Shown: piece after piece, positions 10,500-21,068 of the stretch
Layout of the letters: the number at the start of each line of letters is the position of its first letter
Numbering within the stretch: position 1 is the first letter of the stretch
Assembly (NCBI GenBank): GCA_963548875.1
Contig: CAUUVZ010000001.1
Location: 11,038 to 75,037, forward strand
DNA from: an uncultured Treponema sp.
Lineage (GTDB): Bacteria > Spirochaetota > Spirochaetia > Treponematales > Treponemataceae
DNA length: 64,000 nt
Direction: 5' to 3'
The notes under the pieces: generated by a model
Told to the model about the DNA's origin: nothing
The model's database searches: none
What the model saw: only the letters and a program-made list of their open reading frames with translations
Made by a program: the position numbers and the translations under genes

Positions 10500-12632
10500 A
10501 TGGCAAACGAAAACAGATTTAATCTTTTAGATTTCATTCAAAAAAATATACCGGGCGTTGCGGCAGTAGTGGTCATTCTTATGCTTGTAATTCCGCTTCC
10601 GAAGATTTTTATCGATCTTTTTATGATTTTAAATCTTGCACTATCCGTTGTGATTCTGCTTGTTGTAATTTATACGCCGCGCGCATCGAATTTTTCATCG
10701 TTTCCGCGTATCATATTGTTTGCGACTCTTTTCGGATTGGGAATAAATATTTCCTCGACGCGTCTTATTTTAGCTTCAAAAGGCGTTAACGCCGCCGCAT
10801 ATTTGAGTACTCAAAGCGATATGGTTAAAGCATTTGCAAACATCGTTACTGGCGGAAACAATCTTGTGATAGGACTCGTAATTTTTATTATTCTTATTGT
10901 CGTCCAAGTCGTTGTTATTACAAAAGGTGCGGGGCGTGTTTCGGAAGTCGCTGCTCGCTTTACGTTGGATTCAATGCAGGTAAAACAACTCGACATAGAC
11001 ACTCAACTTTCAAACGGTTACATCACGGAAGAAGAAGCTCGTATTCAAAAGGAAGAATTGAGACGCGATATAGATTTTTATTCGAATATGGACGGTTCTT
11101 CAAAGTTTGTTTCGGGAAACGTAAAGGCGGGAATTTTCATTACGGTTGTAAACCTTGTAGGCGGATTTATCGTCGGAATGATTGTTAATAAAATGGACTT
11201 TCAATCCGCATTGTCGATTTATTCGAATCTTACGATAGGCGACGGATTGATGTCGCAGCTGCCGTCTTTAATGCTTTCTTTTGCAACCGGTATTCTCGTT
11301 ACGGGAGACAAAGCGGACGAATCTTTGACCGATAAAATTAAGCGTGAATTCTCCGTTGACGGTACGATTTATGAAATTGTAGGCGTTGCGCTTGCTCTTA
11401 TGGGAATTGCATTGCGGAATCATACGCAGTTTTTGCTTGTGCCGATCGGTGCGCTTTTTGTGTATATAGGTTACAGATTAAAAAAAGGTCAGGTTGCGAA
11501 AGCGGCAAAAAAACTTGCCGACGAAGCGGCTGCAAAAAGCGGCGCAAAATCTTCTTCTCCGGAAGCGGATTCTGTAGCTCCGTTGGATCCTCTGTCTCTT
11601 GAAATAGGGTTTGCATTGGTGCCGCTTGTAGATAAATCCAAAGGCGCGGAGTTATTGGAGCGTGTTACGCGTATCCGCCGCGAGTGCGCTCTTGATTTGG
11701 GATTGAGCGTTCCCAGAATCCGCATTATGGATAATATGAATCTCGATCCTAACGAGTACAGTTTTAAAATACGCGGAATAGAAGCCGGTCGCGCAAAAAC
11801 GCGACTCGGATATTATATGTGCATGAATACGGGTACGGTTACACAGGAAATTAAAGGCGAGGAAACGCGCGATCCGGCGTTCGGAATGCCTGCAATCTGG
11901 CTGCCCGAAGACCGCAGGCAGGAAGCGGAGCAGGCAGGTTATACGGTTGTAGATCCGCCTACGATTATTGCGACTCATCTTACGGAAATTATCCGCAGCC
12001 ATGCAGCCGAAATTCTCGGTCGTCAGGAAGTTGCGACTATCATGAATTCCGTAAAAGAGAATAATCCGATTGTTGTCGATGAAGTTCTAAACGGAGATCG
12101 CCATAAATTCTCTTACGGAGATATTGAAAAGATTCTTCAAGGTCTGCTCATGGAGCAGGTTTCCATCAGAAATATGGTTACGATTCTTGAAACGCTTGCA
12201 AATTACGGCTCGATAACATCGAATACTTGGGAACTTGTAGAAAAAGTTCGGGAAGCATTGGGCTTACAGATATGTATGCAGTATGCGGATAACGATAGAA
12301 AACTTCGCGTGGTGAATTTATCGCAAGGCTGGTCGCAAAAATTTCTAGATCATGCCCAATATCCGTCCGACGGTTCTCGTCCCTTTGCCGCATTCGATCC
12401 CGTTGACGGACGGAAATGGATTTCATCCGTCAGCGCGGATTTGCAAACCGTAAAAAATATGGGATATTTACCCATTATTATGTGTTCCAGCGTTATAAGG
12501 CAGCTTGTTAAATATTCTATTGAGCGCGAAATGCCGGGCGTGGTTGTCATTTCCGAAAAAGAAATACTTGCCGCCGGAAACGGTATTTCTCTTGAAGTTC
12601 TGGGTGAAATAAGTGAAGAGGACGGTAGGTAG
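10500..12632 (+). CDS. flhA: flagellar export gate FlhA
   Basis: RVSEVAARFTLD, MDGSSKFV, TIGDGL motifs, 710 aa. Confidence 0.97.
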   Translation: MANENRFNLLDFIQKNIPGVAAVVVILMLVIPLPKIFIDLFMILNLALSVVILLVVIYTPRASNFSSFPRIILFATLFGLGINISSTRLILASKGVNAAAYLSTQSDMVKAFANIVTGGNNLVIGLVIFIILIVVQVVVITKGAGRVSEVAARFTLDSMQVKQLDIDTQLSNGYITEEEARIQKEELRRDIDFYSNMDGSSKFVSGNVKAGIFITVVNLVGGFIVGMIVNKMDFQSALSIYSNLTIGDGLMSQLPSLMLSFATGILVTGDKADESLTDKIKREFSVDGTIYEIVGVALALMGIALRNHTQFLLVPIGALFVYIGYRLKKGQVAKAAKKLADEAAAKSGAKSSSPEADSVAPLDPLSLEIGFALVPLVDKSKGAELLERVTRIRRECALDLGLSVPRIRIMDNMNLDPNEYSFKIRGIEAGRAKTRLGYYMCMNTGTVTQEIKGEETRDPAFGMPAIWLPEDRRQEAEQAGYTVVDPPTIIATHLTEIIRSHAAEILGRQEVATIMNSVKENNPIVVDEVLNGDRHKFSYGDIEKILQGLLMEQVSIRNMVTILETLANYGSITSNTWELVEKVREALGLQICMQYADNDRKLRVVNLSQGWSQKFLDHAQYPSDGSRPFAAFDPVDGRKWISSVSADLQTVKNMGYLPIIMCSSVIRQLVKYSIEREMPGVVVISEKEILAAGNGISLEVLGEISEEDGR

Positions 12633-12637
12633 ATAAA

Positions 12638-13951
12638 ATGCCCGATTACGATAGAGAGGAAAACGTAAAAAAGCTTAGAGCGCGCACTTATGAAGATGCT
12701 AAAAATCAGCTTTTTAAACTTTACAGATACGATTACTCGATTACCGATAAAAGACAGGTTTTGACGGGAGGAATTTTCGGATTCGGGCAAAAAGAAGAAG
12801 TTGAAGTGTCATACATCGTAAAAAATCGTATGGCAAGCGGACAGCCTCATTATCAGGTTGCTTCTCCCGCACCTGTCCCTGTAGTCCCTTCGGTTTCCGT
12901 CGTTTCAGAAAAAGTACAATTGCCCGCGGCTAAACCGGATGATTCTTTTATCAAAAACCGTGATGAATTGCTGAAGAAGAATACGGAAAATACGGCTATA
13001 CAAATTCAGCAGGTTTTGAATCTGGAAAAAACCGTTGAAAAAATGCGGGATGAAATTGGAAGCAAATTAAAAGAGATAGCTGAAAATTCTTCAAAACTTC
13101 ACCCTTCTATAGAGCGTATGGAATCTATGCTTGCAGACAACGAGTTTACGGTTCCATATATAAAAATGATTACCGATAAAATGAAGAAAAATTTTTCTAT
13201 TGAGCAGTTAAATGATTTTGATTTTGTTCAAAGAAATGTCGTAGATTGGATCGGTGAAACCATTTCGATTGCTCCTGAAAAAGAGCATAGAAAGCCGCAC
13301 GTGGTAATAATCGTCGGTCCTACGGGTGTGGGTAAAACTACTACGCTTGTAAAAATGGCGACGCAGCATTACATGGAACACCTAAAAGGCGGTGCTCAGT
13401 ACAATTTTTGCTTTATAACTACCGACACTATGAGGGTCGGAGCTGTCGAGCAGCTTGACCGTTTCAGCAATATTTTTAATAAGAGTGTTATGAAAGCGGA
13501 AAATGCCGATGATGTAAAAAAGCTCTATGATGATTATCATGATAAAGTCGATGCGATTTTTATCGATACCAGCGGATACAGTCCTAACGATGCAATTCAT
13601 ATTGCAGGTATGAAAAATACTCTTAATATTCAAGGTTTGAATTCCGACGTGTATCTTGCATTGATGGCATCTACCAAAGCGAGAGATTTGAAAAAGATTA
13701 TGCAGAATTATGAGCCTTTCGGTTATCAATCGGTCATAATCACAAAATGCGATGAAAGCGATCAGTACGGCAATGTTATAAGTGTTTTGAACGAGCAGCA
13801 TAAAAGTATTTCTTATATGACGGACGGTCAAAATGTCGCGGCAAAAACGCTTATAAAAGCAAACGTCGTCGATTTTTTAATCCGGCTGGAGAATTTTAAA
13901 GTCGACAGAATACATATAGAAGATAAATTTGGAGAAACTGGAGAAAACTGA
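12638..13951 (+). CDS. flhF: SRP-family GTPase FlhF
   Basis: GPTGVGKTT, DTSG, TKCDE motifs; follows flhA. Confidence 0.93.
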   Translation: MPDYDREENVKKLRARTYEDAKNQLFKLYRYDYSITDKRQVLTGGIFGFGQKEEVEVSYIVKNRMASGQPHYQVASPAPVPVVPSVSVVSEKVQLPAAKPDDSFIKNRDELLKKNTENTAIQIQQVLNLEKTVEKMRDEIGSKLKEIAENSSKLHPSIERMESMLADNEFTVPYIKMITDKMKKNFSIEQLNDFDFVQRNVVDWIGETISIAPEKEHRKPHVVIIVGPTGVGKTTTLVKMATQHYMEHLKGGAQYNFCFITTDTMRVGAVEQLDRFSNIFNKSVMKAENADDVKKLYDDYHDKVDAIFIDTSGYSPNDAIHIAGMKNTLNIQGLNSDVYLALMASTKARDLKKIMQNYEPFGYQSVIITKCDESDQYGNVISVLNEQHKSISYMTDGQNVAAKTLIKANVVDFLIRLENFKVDRIHIEDKFGETGEN

Positions 13952-14844
13952 TGGAAGAACAGGTTCAGGAACTTAAACAGATTATAGGCGACTCGTCCAG
14001 ATTACAGATAAATGACGGCAAAAGCAATTTACGCGGGCATTCTACAAGAATTATTGCCATTACAAGCGGTAAAGGCGGCGTAGGAAAAACCAATATTGCC
14101 GTAAACATGGCTATTGCCTATGCCCAGCTCGGCAAAAAAGTAATTCTCATAGACGGTGATTTGGGAATGGCTAACGTCAATGTTTTGTTGAATGTGGTTC
14201 CTCAGTATAATCTCATGAACGTAATAAATAAAAAACGCACTATGAAAGAGATCATATTGGATACGGAATTCGGGATAAAGTTTATTGCCGGTGCGAACGG
14301 TTTTTCCAAAATCGCAAATCTTTCCGTAGTCGAGCTTGAATATTTTGCAAAGCAGTTCAGTGAGCTTGGAAATGCGGATATAATAATAATCGACACCGCT
14401 GCAGGAATTGCAAACAATGTTCTCCAGTTTGTTGCCGCCGCCGATGAAGTTTACGTTGTTACGACGCCCGAACCGACCGCAATCACCGATGCCTACGGAA
14501 TTATAAAAATCATAACGACCGAAATCGTAGATCGGCAGCTTAATTTAAAGCTTTTGGTGAATCGCGTTCATTCCGCCGACGAGGGAAAACGCATTTCCGA
14601 CCGTATAATAACTATCGTAGGGCAATTTTGCGGGTGTAAAGTGGATTATATCGGCTTTGTGTATGACGATCCCATTGTTCAATCTTCCGTTATACGGCAA
14701 AAACCGTTTATAGTCATAAATCCTACTTCCAAACCTTCCGTATGTTTGAAACATATTGTAGGAAGAATCGAAAAAACGGAGCTTGCGGGAAACGAAGGCG
14801 TTTCAAGTTTCTTAAAGAAATTCTTAGGTAAAAAGAAGTTTTAG
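13951..14844 (+). CDS. flhG: MinD/ParA-family ATPase FlhG
   Basis: SGKGGVGKT, DGDLGMAN, TPEPTAITDAY. Confidence 0.92.
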   Translation: MEEQVQELKQIIGDSSRLQINDGKSNLRGHSTRIIAITSGKGGVGKTNIAVNMAIAYAQLGKKVILIDGDLGMANVNVLLNVVPQYNLMNVINKKRTMKEIILDTEFGIKFIAGANGFSKIANLSVVELEYFAKQFSELGNADIIIIDTAAGIANNVLQFVAAADEVYVVTTPEPTAITDAYGIIKIITTEIVDRQLNLKLLVNRVHSADEGKRISDRIITIVGQFCGCKVDYIGFVYDDPIVQSSVIRQKPFIVINPTSKPSVCLKHIVGRIEKTELAGNEGVSSFLKKFLGKKKF

Positions 14845-14911
14845 TTTGTGCTGTATTTTTAGCGTGAATTAGTATATACTGTGAAAAATATTCTAAGGCG
14901 GGAGGCGGAAA

Positions 14912-15787
14912 ATTAAAAATATTAAATTTATAATCGGATTTTCTATTGCAGGTTTTCTTCTCTCGTTTTTTTTCGGTATGTTTTCCGGTTCAAAGTTCGG
15001 TATAATTCTTTTTAAGGCATTGATTTTTTGCGTTGTTTTCGGAGCGATCGGCGCAGGAATAGATTTTTTATATACGAACTTTCTGGACGTTTCCGGTGCG
15101 GATACGATAACGGAAACTCCGGCAGCTTCCGACGGTGCAGTCGGACAGACCGTTGATATTACGATTCAAGATGAAGATTTGCCGGCAGCAGAGAATGCGC
15201 CGGGATTTTTCGTAGGCGCAAACCGCCAGATGCTCAATCCGGAAGACAGTGCGGATTCTCCCTCTCCGGCGGAGAATGCAGAGCATGGAATTGCGCGCAC
15301 AGACGGATACGTTCCGGTGATGCAACCGGAAACTCCGTCTCCCGTTGCTCCTTCCGACTCGATATCCGCCGTTAAAGACTCTGCTTCCGCAGAAAAAACG
15401 CCTGACACGGCATCCGCAAAATCTTCTTCGAGCAACGATAATGCACCCGCACAAGACTTTGTTCCCATATCGCTTGCGGAAAACGTCCCCGATGTTGCCG
15501 AAACTTCCGAAAAATCTATAGCTTCGGATAAACATTCCCGCGAAGCCGCTAATGAGTCTCCCCATGCTGCGGAAACCGAGGAACTTGGAGTTCTTCCCGA
15601 TTTGGAAGATATGGAAAACCTTGTGCCCGATATACCTATGGATAATTCTTCCGGCGGAAACGATGAATCCGGCGGAGACTATGCGCCCGTTGCTCAAAAA
15701 AGAAAGTCGTCGGCATCTGCAGGAGCAACCGATGCGGAAACTATGGCAAAAGCTATCAGTACGTTGCTTACAAAAGAAAAGAATTAA
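14912..15787 (+). CDS. hypothetical membrane protein with acidic low-complexity tail; probable ATT start (first ATG at 14978)
   Basis: GGAGG (14901-14905) lies 6 nt before in-frame ATT 14912; extension adds a hydrophobic helix; located between flhG and fliA. Confidence 0.7.
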   Translation: MKNIKFIIGFSIAGFLLSFFFGMFSGSKFGIILFKALIFCVVFGAIGAGIDFLYTNFLDVSGADTITETPAASDGAVGQTVDITIQDEDLPAAENAPGFFVGANRQMLNPEDSADSPSPAENAEHGIARTDGYVPVMQPETPSPVAPSDSISAVKDSASAEKTPDTASAKSSSSNDNAPAQDFVPISLAENVPDVAETSEKSIASDKHSREAANESPHAAETEELGVLPDLEDMENLVPDIPMDNSSGGNDESGGDYAPVAQKRKSSASAGATDAETMAKAISTLLTKEKN

Positions 15788-15806
15788 GGACTTTAAGGAA
15801 TATACG

Positions 15807-16607
15807 ATGGAGAATACGGCTGCTACACCAATAAACGAGGATATTAACGAAGACCAACTCTGGGCTGAGTTCCATAAAACGAAAGCCCCCGACCTCCGCG
15901 ATAAATTTATACGTCAATATATGCCGCTTGTAAAATACGTGGCGGGAAAAATCTCGGTTGGAATGCCCAACTGTGTCGAATTCGATGATCTTGTAGGGTT
16001 CGGACAGTTCGGTCTTTTGGACGCTATAAGCAAGTATGACCCTTCAAAAAATGTAAAATTCAAAACTTATGCCGTAACACGCATACGCGGTGCCATTTTT
16101 GATGAATTGAGACAGATTGACTGGATTCCCCGTTCAATCAGACAAAAATCACGAGAAATAGAAGACGCTATCGTTTCTCTTGAAGCGAAACTCGGACGCA
16201 CTGCAAGCGATGCGGAGATTGCCGAGTCTCTGAAAATTTCCGAAGAAGAGTATCATCATACCATTATGAAAGTTTCCGGAACCAGCGTTCTTTCTCTTAA
16301 TGAAGTTTGGTATTCCGGAGAAGATAACGACAGTATGTCCATCGGTGATAGCATAGAATCTCCTTCAAGTTTGAATCCCGATGTAATCGCCGAACGCGAA
16401 GAGATTCGTAAAATCATCGTTCAAGCCATAAATGAACTGCCGGAAAAGGAAAAAATGGTAATAATTCTTTATTATCACGAAGATTTGACTTTTAGAGAGA
16501 TCGGCGAAGTTCTCGAAGTCAGCGAATCGAGAATTTCTCAGCTGCATACGAAAGCCAATTTGCGTCTGCGTGCCAAGCTCACAAATCTTAGAAAAGGAAT
16601 TATGTAA
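15807..16607 (+). CDS. fliA: flagellar sigma factor sigma-28 (FliA/WhiG)
   Basis: KFKTYAVTRIRGAIFDELRQIDW, EIGEVLEVSESRISQLH; start moved to ATG 15807. Confidence 0.96.
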   Translation: MENTAATPINEDINEDQLWAEFHKTKAPDLRDKFIRQYMPLVKYVAGKISVGMPNCVEFDDLVGFGQFGLLDAISKYDPSKNVKFKTYAVTRIRGAIFDELRQIDWIPRSIRQKSREIEDAIVSLEAKLGRTASDAEIAESLKISEEEYHHTIMKVSGTSVLSLNEVWYSGEDNDSMSIGDSIESPSSLNPDVIAEREEIRKIIVQAINELPEKEKMVIILYYHEDLTFREIGEVLEVSESRISQLHTKANLRLRAKLTNLRKGIM

Positions 16608-16609
16608 AA

Positions 16610-18583
16610 ATGGTGCACCTTGATAAAATCCGTGAGGAAATGAAAAAGCGTTTTTCGATAGACCGTGAAATTCATGATGTTGAAGTAAATGCGGAATCTA
16701 TTGACGATGCCCTTGAGGACGCAGCCGTTCAGTTGGAAGCAAGTCTCGATAATCTTGAATACGAGGTTATTGAAAAGGGAAGCCCGGGTTTTATGGGAAT
16801 CGGGAAAAAGGCTTGGAAACTTCGTATATATCCTAATGCGGAAGCCGTCGCAAAGACTAAAAAATCTTTTGAAGAAGATTTCTCTTCTGATGATACGTCG
16901 GTAGAAACCGAGAAGATTATGGATAGAGACGGTTTGTTCTATGTGCGGCATTTCAGTTCTTCCATAAAATTAAAAGTTCTTTTGCCGGTAGGTAACGGTC
17001 GTCCGGTTGATTCCGACGATGTATACAGTCAGTTGAAACGCCCCGATACGGAAAGTATAGACGATAAAGCCGTAGATAAATTTATAAAGAACGGTACGGA
17101 TGGAAAATATGAAATCGTAGGTGTTTATAAGCACGTTGCCGCAGGAGATGCGCTTGTCGTAATCGACGTTGCAAAGGATGAAATGTCTGCCATGATGACG
17201 GTCGATGCGCCTGCAATGAGCGGTTCGGAGGCTTCTTATGATCAGATTATGCGCATGATAAAAGCTCAAGGTGTTAGTGCAGGTATTCTTGAAGATAAGA
17301 TAAATGAGTTTGTCGATAATCCGGTGTATTCAACTCCTTATCAAGTCGCGGCTGCAATTTTGCCTGAAGACGGGCATGATTCTTATCTTGAATATAATTT
17401 TGAAACCGATATAAATAAACTTAAAGCACGTGAATCTGCAAGCGGCAATGTCGATTTTAAAGAATTGAATCGGATTCAAAACGTGGTAAAAGGTCAGGCT
17501 CTTGCAAAACTTATTCCCGCTACCAGAGGTAAAGGCGGCAAAACTGTATTTGGACGTTATCTTGAGGCAAAAAACGGAAAAGATATTCCGGTTCAACTCG
17601 GTCAAAATGTCGAATTTGACAGGGACGGACTTACGGTTATAGCTTCAACGGACGGGCAAGTTCTTTTGGTAAACGGCAAAATCACTGTTGAGCCTGTTAT
17701 GTATCTTGATGCCGTAAATATTAAGAGCGGAAATATTATATTCCTCGGTTCTTTGATAATTAAGGGCGGAGTTGATGACGGATTTGATGTAAAAGCATCC
17801 GGTGATATAGAAATCGGCGGAACAGTCGGCAAATGCAATATCGAATCTGACGGAAATATCATTATTCATCAAGGTGTATTCGGTAAAAATATAGGCTGCA
17901 TAAAGGCGGGTCGCTCGCTGTGGGTTAAATTCGTTCAAGAAACCCGTATTGAAGTTGAAGAAAATGTTGTTGCTACGGACAGTCTTATGAATTGCGATGT
18001 TACCGCGATGAAAAATATTGTTCTTTACGGAAAAAAAGCTCATATTACCGGCGGTCGTTTATTTGCCACGGAAGAAATATGCGCTCGTACCGTCGGTTCT
18101 CCCGGCGGAGGAGCGACTACGGAACTTACGGTAGGCGTTGATCCGCGTGCAAAGAAAAAACTTGACGAACTGCAGGATGCGGAGGCGAGTCTTGCAAAAG
18201 AGCTTGAGAATATCGAGCTTGATATAGGAACGCTTGAAAATCAAAAGAAGATTCGCCGTTCTTTGCCGAAAGATAAAGAAGACAACCTCAAAAAACTCAT
18301 AGAGCGCAGGGATAAGATAAATATTGATGCCGGAGAAATGAATAAGGAAATCGATTCATTGCAGCAGCATTTGCGTGAATTGAAAGCCGTCGGTAAGGTA
18401 AAAGTTGAAGGAACGGTTTATCCCGGTACGAAAATTTATGTCCGCGATGTGCTTGATGAAGTAAAGACGGAAGTTACCGGATGTACTTTCTTCTACGAAG
18501 ACGCTTTTGCAAAACGGGCAAAGTACGAGCCTCCGTCGTTTGACGTTTCTAAAGGACCGGGAGATGGCTATACAACCAATTGA
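16610..18583 (+). CDS. FapA/DUF342 family protein with Jag-like N-terminus
   Basis: EYEVIEKGSPGFMGIG (Jag_N-like), GNVDFKEL, GNIIFLGSLIIKGGV, GTVYPGT. Confidence 0.85.
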   Translation: MVHLDKIREEMKKRFSIDREIHDVEVNAESIDDALEDAAVQLEASLDNLEYEVIEKGSPGFMGIGKKAWKLRIYPNAEAVAKTKKSFEEDFSSDDTSVETEKIMDRDGLFYVRHFSSSIKLKVLLPVGNGRPVDSDDVYSQLKRPDTESIDDKAVDKFIKNGTDGKYEIVGVYKHVAAGDALVVIDVAKDEMSAMMTVDAPAMSGSEASYDQIMRMIKAQGVSAGILEDKINEFVDNPVYSTPYQVAAAILPEDGHDSYLEYNFETDINKLKARESASGNVDFKELNRIQNVVKGQALAKLIPATRGKGGKTVFGRYLEAKNGKDIPVQLGQNVEFDRDGLTVIASTDGQVLLVNGKITVEPVMYLDAVNIKSGNIIFLGSLIIKGGVDDGFDVKASGDIEIGGTVGKCNIESDGNIIIHQGVFGKNIGCIKAGRSLWVKFVQETRIEVEENVVATDSLMNCDVTAMKNIVLYGKKAHITGGRLFATEEICARTVGSPGGGATTELTVGVDPRAKKKLDELQDAEASLAKELENIELDIGTLENQKKIRRSLPKDKEDNLKKLIERRDKINIDAGEMNKEIDSLQQHLRELKAVGKVKVEGTVYPGTKIYVRDVLDEVKTEVTGCTFFYEDAFAKRAKYEPPSFDVSKGPGDGYTTN

Positions 18584-18887
18584 TTTACAAACGATGTATG
18601 CGCAAATTCAGAATGTCGCTAAGCAAGCGGCTTTTCAGCAGCAGGGATTGCAGCTTGCGGATTCCATGCAGCAGGAAAATATTATCAAGCAGAATGAAGA
18701 AAAAGCGCAGCGTGTAAAAGAGACGGAAGAAAATTCAAAGGCTTCCGTAGTAAACGAAGACGGGCGAGGAACGGACGGCGGCGGACATAGCGGTAAAAAG
18801 GATAAAAATGCTCCCCGCGAAAATGAAGAAAAAAGCAGACATCTTAAAGAATCTTATCTCGGGCAACACATAGATATTATGAGGTAA
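18564..18887 (+). CDS. conserved hypothetical protein
   Basis: MAIQPIDLQ N-terminus and LGQHIDI C-terminus, typical of small proteins following DUF342; GGAG SD. Confidence 0.75.
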   Translation: MAIQPIDLQTMYAQIQNVAKQAAFQQQGLQLADSMQQENIIKQNEEKAQRVKETEENSKASVVNEDGRGTDGGGHSGKKDKNAPRENEEKSRHLKESYLGQHIDIMR

Positions 18888-18890
18888 GAT

Positions 18891-19547
18891 GTGGCTTTTC
18901 TCGTTTCGTTTCTTGTCGTATTTAATATTCTTGCATGGGTGGTATTTTTAAGAAATTTTAAAAAACTTTTTACTACCGAAGACGTAATAGAAAAAGCAAA
19001 ATCGGAAATAAACAGAATAGTAATAGATTTGAATGCAAATGCCGAACGCAATATTTCCATAATCGATGATAAGATCAATCGTCTGAGAGCTTTGATTGCA
19101 GAAGCGGAAAAAAAAATAAAACTTTTGGACGACATAAATACGAAAACCGCCGCATTAAACGATTTTCGAGTAAAAATGGAAAAATCCGCACGGAAAAATA
19201 TTTTACCTGAAAAAAATTATTTGAAAACCGCCGAACTTCCAAACCCCGAAAATGCGGAAAATTTGCATGATGGCGTACAATCTACTTTGTTTGATGAAGT
19301 TTCTTCTTTGAACGAACAAGTTCGCATACAAAACAATAATTCTGCGGCGGCGTATTCTCGGGAAACGATTGCTTCGCCGGAAGTTTCCGTTTTAGGAGCG
19401 TCTTTAAAAGTAAGGTCTAAATCGGATTTAAAAGATTCGATTATTTCACTTTTTGATGCGGGCTTTTCGGTTGAGGAAATTGCAGCAAAGCTCAACTGTT
19501 CCACAACGGAAGTTTCGTTTGCGCTCTCTTTGGAAAATAGAATTTAG
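18891..19547 (+). CDS. hypothetical membrane-anchored coiled-coil protein with C-terminal HTH-like motif
   Basis: N-terminal TM, heptad region, GFSVEEIAAKLNCSTTEV. Confidence 0.75.
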   Translation: MAFLVSFLVVFNILAWVVFLRNFKKLFTTEDVIEKAKSEINRIVIDLNANAERNISIIDDKINRLRALIAEAEKKIKLLDDINTKTAALNDFRVKMEKSARKNILPEKNYLKTAELPNPENAENLHDGVQSTLFDEVSSLNEQVRIQNNNSAAAYSRETIASPEVSVLGASLKVRSKSDLKDSIISLFDAGFSVEEIAAKLNCSTTEVSFALSLENRI

Positions 19548-19656
19548 CCTGAAAAATTCGGCTTTCATAAAGTCAAACGAATATTTGTTTAGTCTAAATG
19601 CAAAGTCTATTTATTTTAAGCCGCACAATCCGATTTGAATCGAATGAAGTTCCCGT

Positions 19657-20541
19657 TTACCGGCGTTTCCACTCTACAGGAATTTCCGCTTGAACCGGCG
19701 TACCGGAATTATCGTTTAAGACGAGCGTTTTTTTTATGCCGGACATAGAACCGTCTTTTGTCATGCGCAATTCCCATTCGATGGGAGCTGCTTCCGCGGC
19801 GGCTTTTAATGCCGCATCTCGCGGAATGTCCGGAAAGTAGGACGCGTTGCTTCTTCCCGTTTGCCGCACGTTTATTTGCATATCTCCGGCATTACCGCTT
19901 ATTGCAACGTTTATGTTCATACTTGCGCCGTTTTTGAATATTACAAAACCTCTGCCGCCGCGCAATATGATGATTTTGTCTATATAAGTTTCGCCGCCCC
20001 ATGTTCCGGCGATGGATTGCGTAGAAACTTCCGCATTTGCTTGCACCGGAGAATCTCCTGTAGAAGTTCCCGATTCCGTTTCCGCGCCGGACGAACCTGA
20101 TTGTATCAACCCCGAGATTAGTTCTTTAAGCGAGGTTTTCGATTCCATAAGGATTTTGTAATAAGAATCGTATTCTTTTGTTTTGCTGTAGTTTTTTCCG
20201 TCCTCAAGATTTTTCAGATTTATGCTGCATTGCCACTTGCCGTCCTGAAGTTTTGTTATGACCACGTAAAATGCGTTTGAATCGTTTTCCGATTTTAAAA
20301 AATCCGCGTTTCCTTCGGAAATATAGGTTTGTGAAAAAAAGTCCGAGCGTTTATCGGAAAGCTTTACGGGCATATCTTTCAGCTGAGCAAGATATAAGTC
20401 TTCCGTCATTGAAAGCATATTTTTATCGGCATCGGAGGAAACAACGCCGTAAAAATCGAGTTTTGTCTGAGAAATGAATGGGGCAATGCACAGAATCGTA
20501 AACATTATTGCCGATAATGACGTTTTCGATTTTAAATTCAT
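19657..20541 (-). CDS. exported treponemal hypothetical protein (TP0183-like)
   Basis: Signal peptide; IAGTWGGE..IDKIIILRGGRGFVIFKNGASM; directly downstream of smpB. Confidence 0.7.
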   Translation of the reverse strand: MNLKSKTSLSAIMFTILCIAPFISQTKLDFYGVVSSDADKNMLSMTEDLYLAQLKDMPVKLSDKRSDFFSQTYISEGNADFLKSENDSNAFYVVITKLQDGKWQCSINLKNLEDGKNYSKTKEYDSYYKILMESKTSLKELISGLIQSGSSGAETESGTSTGDSPVQANAEVSTQSIAGTWGGETYIDKIIILRGGRGFVIFKNGASMNINVAISGNAGDMQINVRQTGRSNASYFPDIPRDAALKAAAEAAPIEWELRMTKDGSMSGIKKTLVLNDNSGTPVQAEIPVEWKRR

Positions 20542-20571
20542 TAGATGCCCCTGAATCCGTTAAAACAAAAT

Positions 20572-21033
20572 TTATGCAAAGTCTTTTTTAAAAGTCCTCT
20601 GCATCTCACGGTCAAGGTCGCGTTCTTTTATGACCGCTTTTTTATCGAACTGCTTTTTGCCTTTGCAAAGCCCCAAAAGGACTTTTACTCTGCCGTTTTT
20701 CAAGTAAAATTCCAAAGGAATCAGCGTATAGCCTTTTGTCTCGGTTTTTCGTATAAGCCGTTTTATTTCTTCTTTATGGAGAAGAAGTTTTTTTGCCCTC
20801 AGCGGATTGTGATTAAACACGGAAGAATATGAATATTCGGCGATATTTAAATTTTTTATATATACTTCGCCGCCGATTATCTCTGCAAAAGCGTCCGGAA
20901 AAGATATTGCACCGCTTTTTACGGACTTAACTTCCGTTCCTTGCAGAGCAATGCCGCATTCGATTTTATCTTCAACAAAATAATTAAAACGAGCTTTTCT
21001 ATTTTCCGCAATAATCTTTTTTCCGTCGGACAT
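20572..21033 (-). CDS. smpB: SsrA-binding protein
   Basis: NRKARFNY, GIALQGTEVKS, KLLLHKEEI, GKKQFDK. Confidence 0.98.
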   Translation of the reverse strand: MSDGKKIIAENRKARFNYFVEDKIECGIALQGTEVKSVKSGAISFPDAFAEIIGGEVYIKNLNIAEYSYSSVFNHNPLRAKKLLLHKEEIKRLIRKTETKGYTLIPLEFYLKNGRVKVLLGLCKGKKQFDKKAVIKERDLDREMQRTFKKDFA

Positions 21034-21039
21034 GAGCGA

Positions 21040-21068
21040 ATTATAGATTATACTGACGTACCTTTCAA
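21040..21068 (-). promoter_or_regulatory. sigma-70-type promoter of smpB (probably leaderless)
   Basis: Minus strand TTGAAA-N17-TATAAT-N6-ATG. Confidence 0.7.

Noticed and set aside
20510..20517. GCCGATAA as a sigma-28 -10 box
   Set aside because: No TAAA at the correct spacing, and it is antisense within a coding region.
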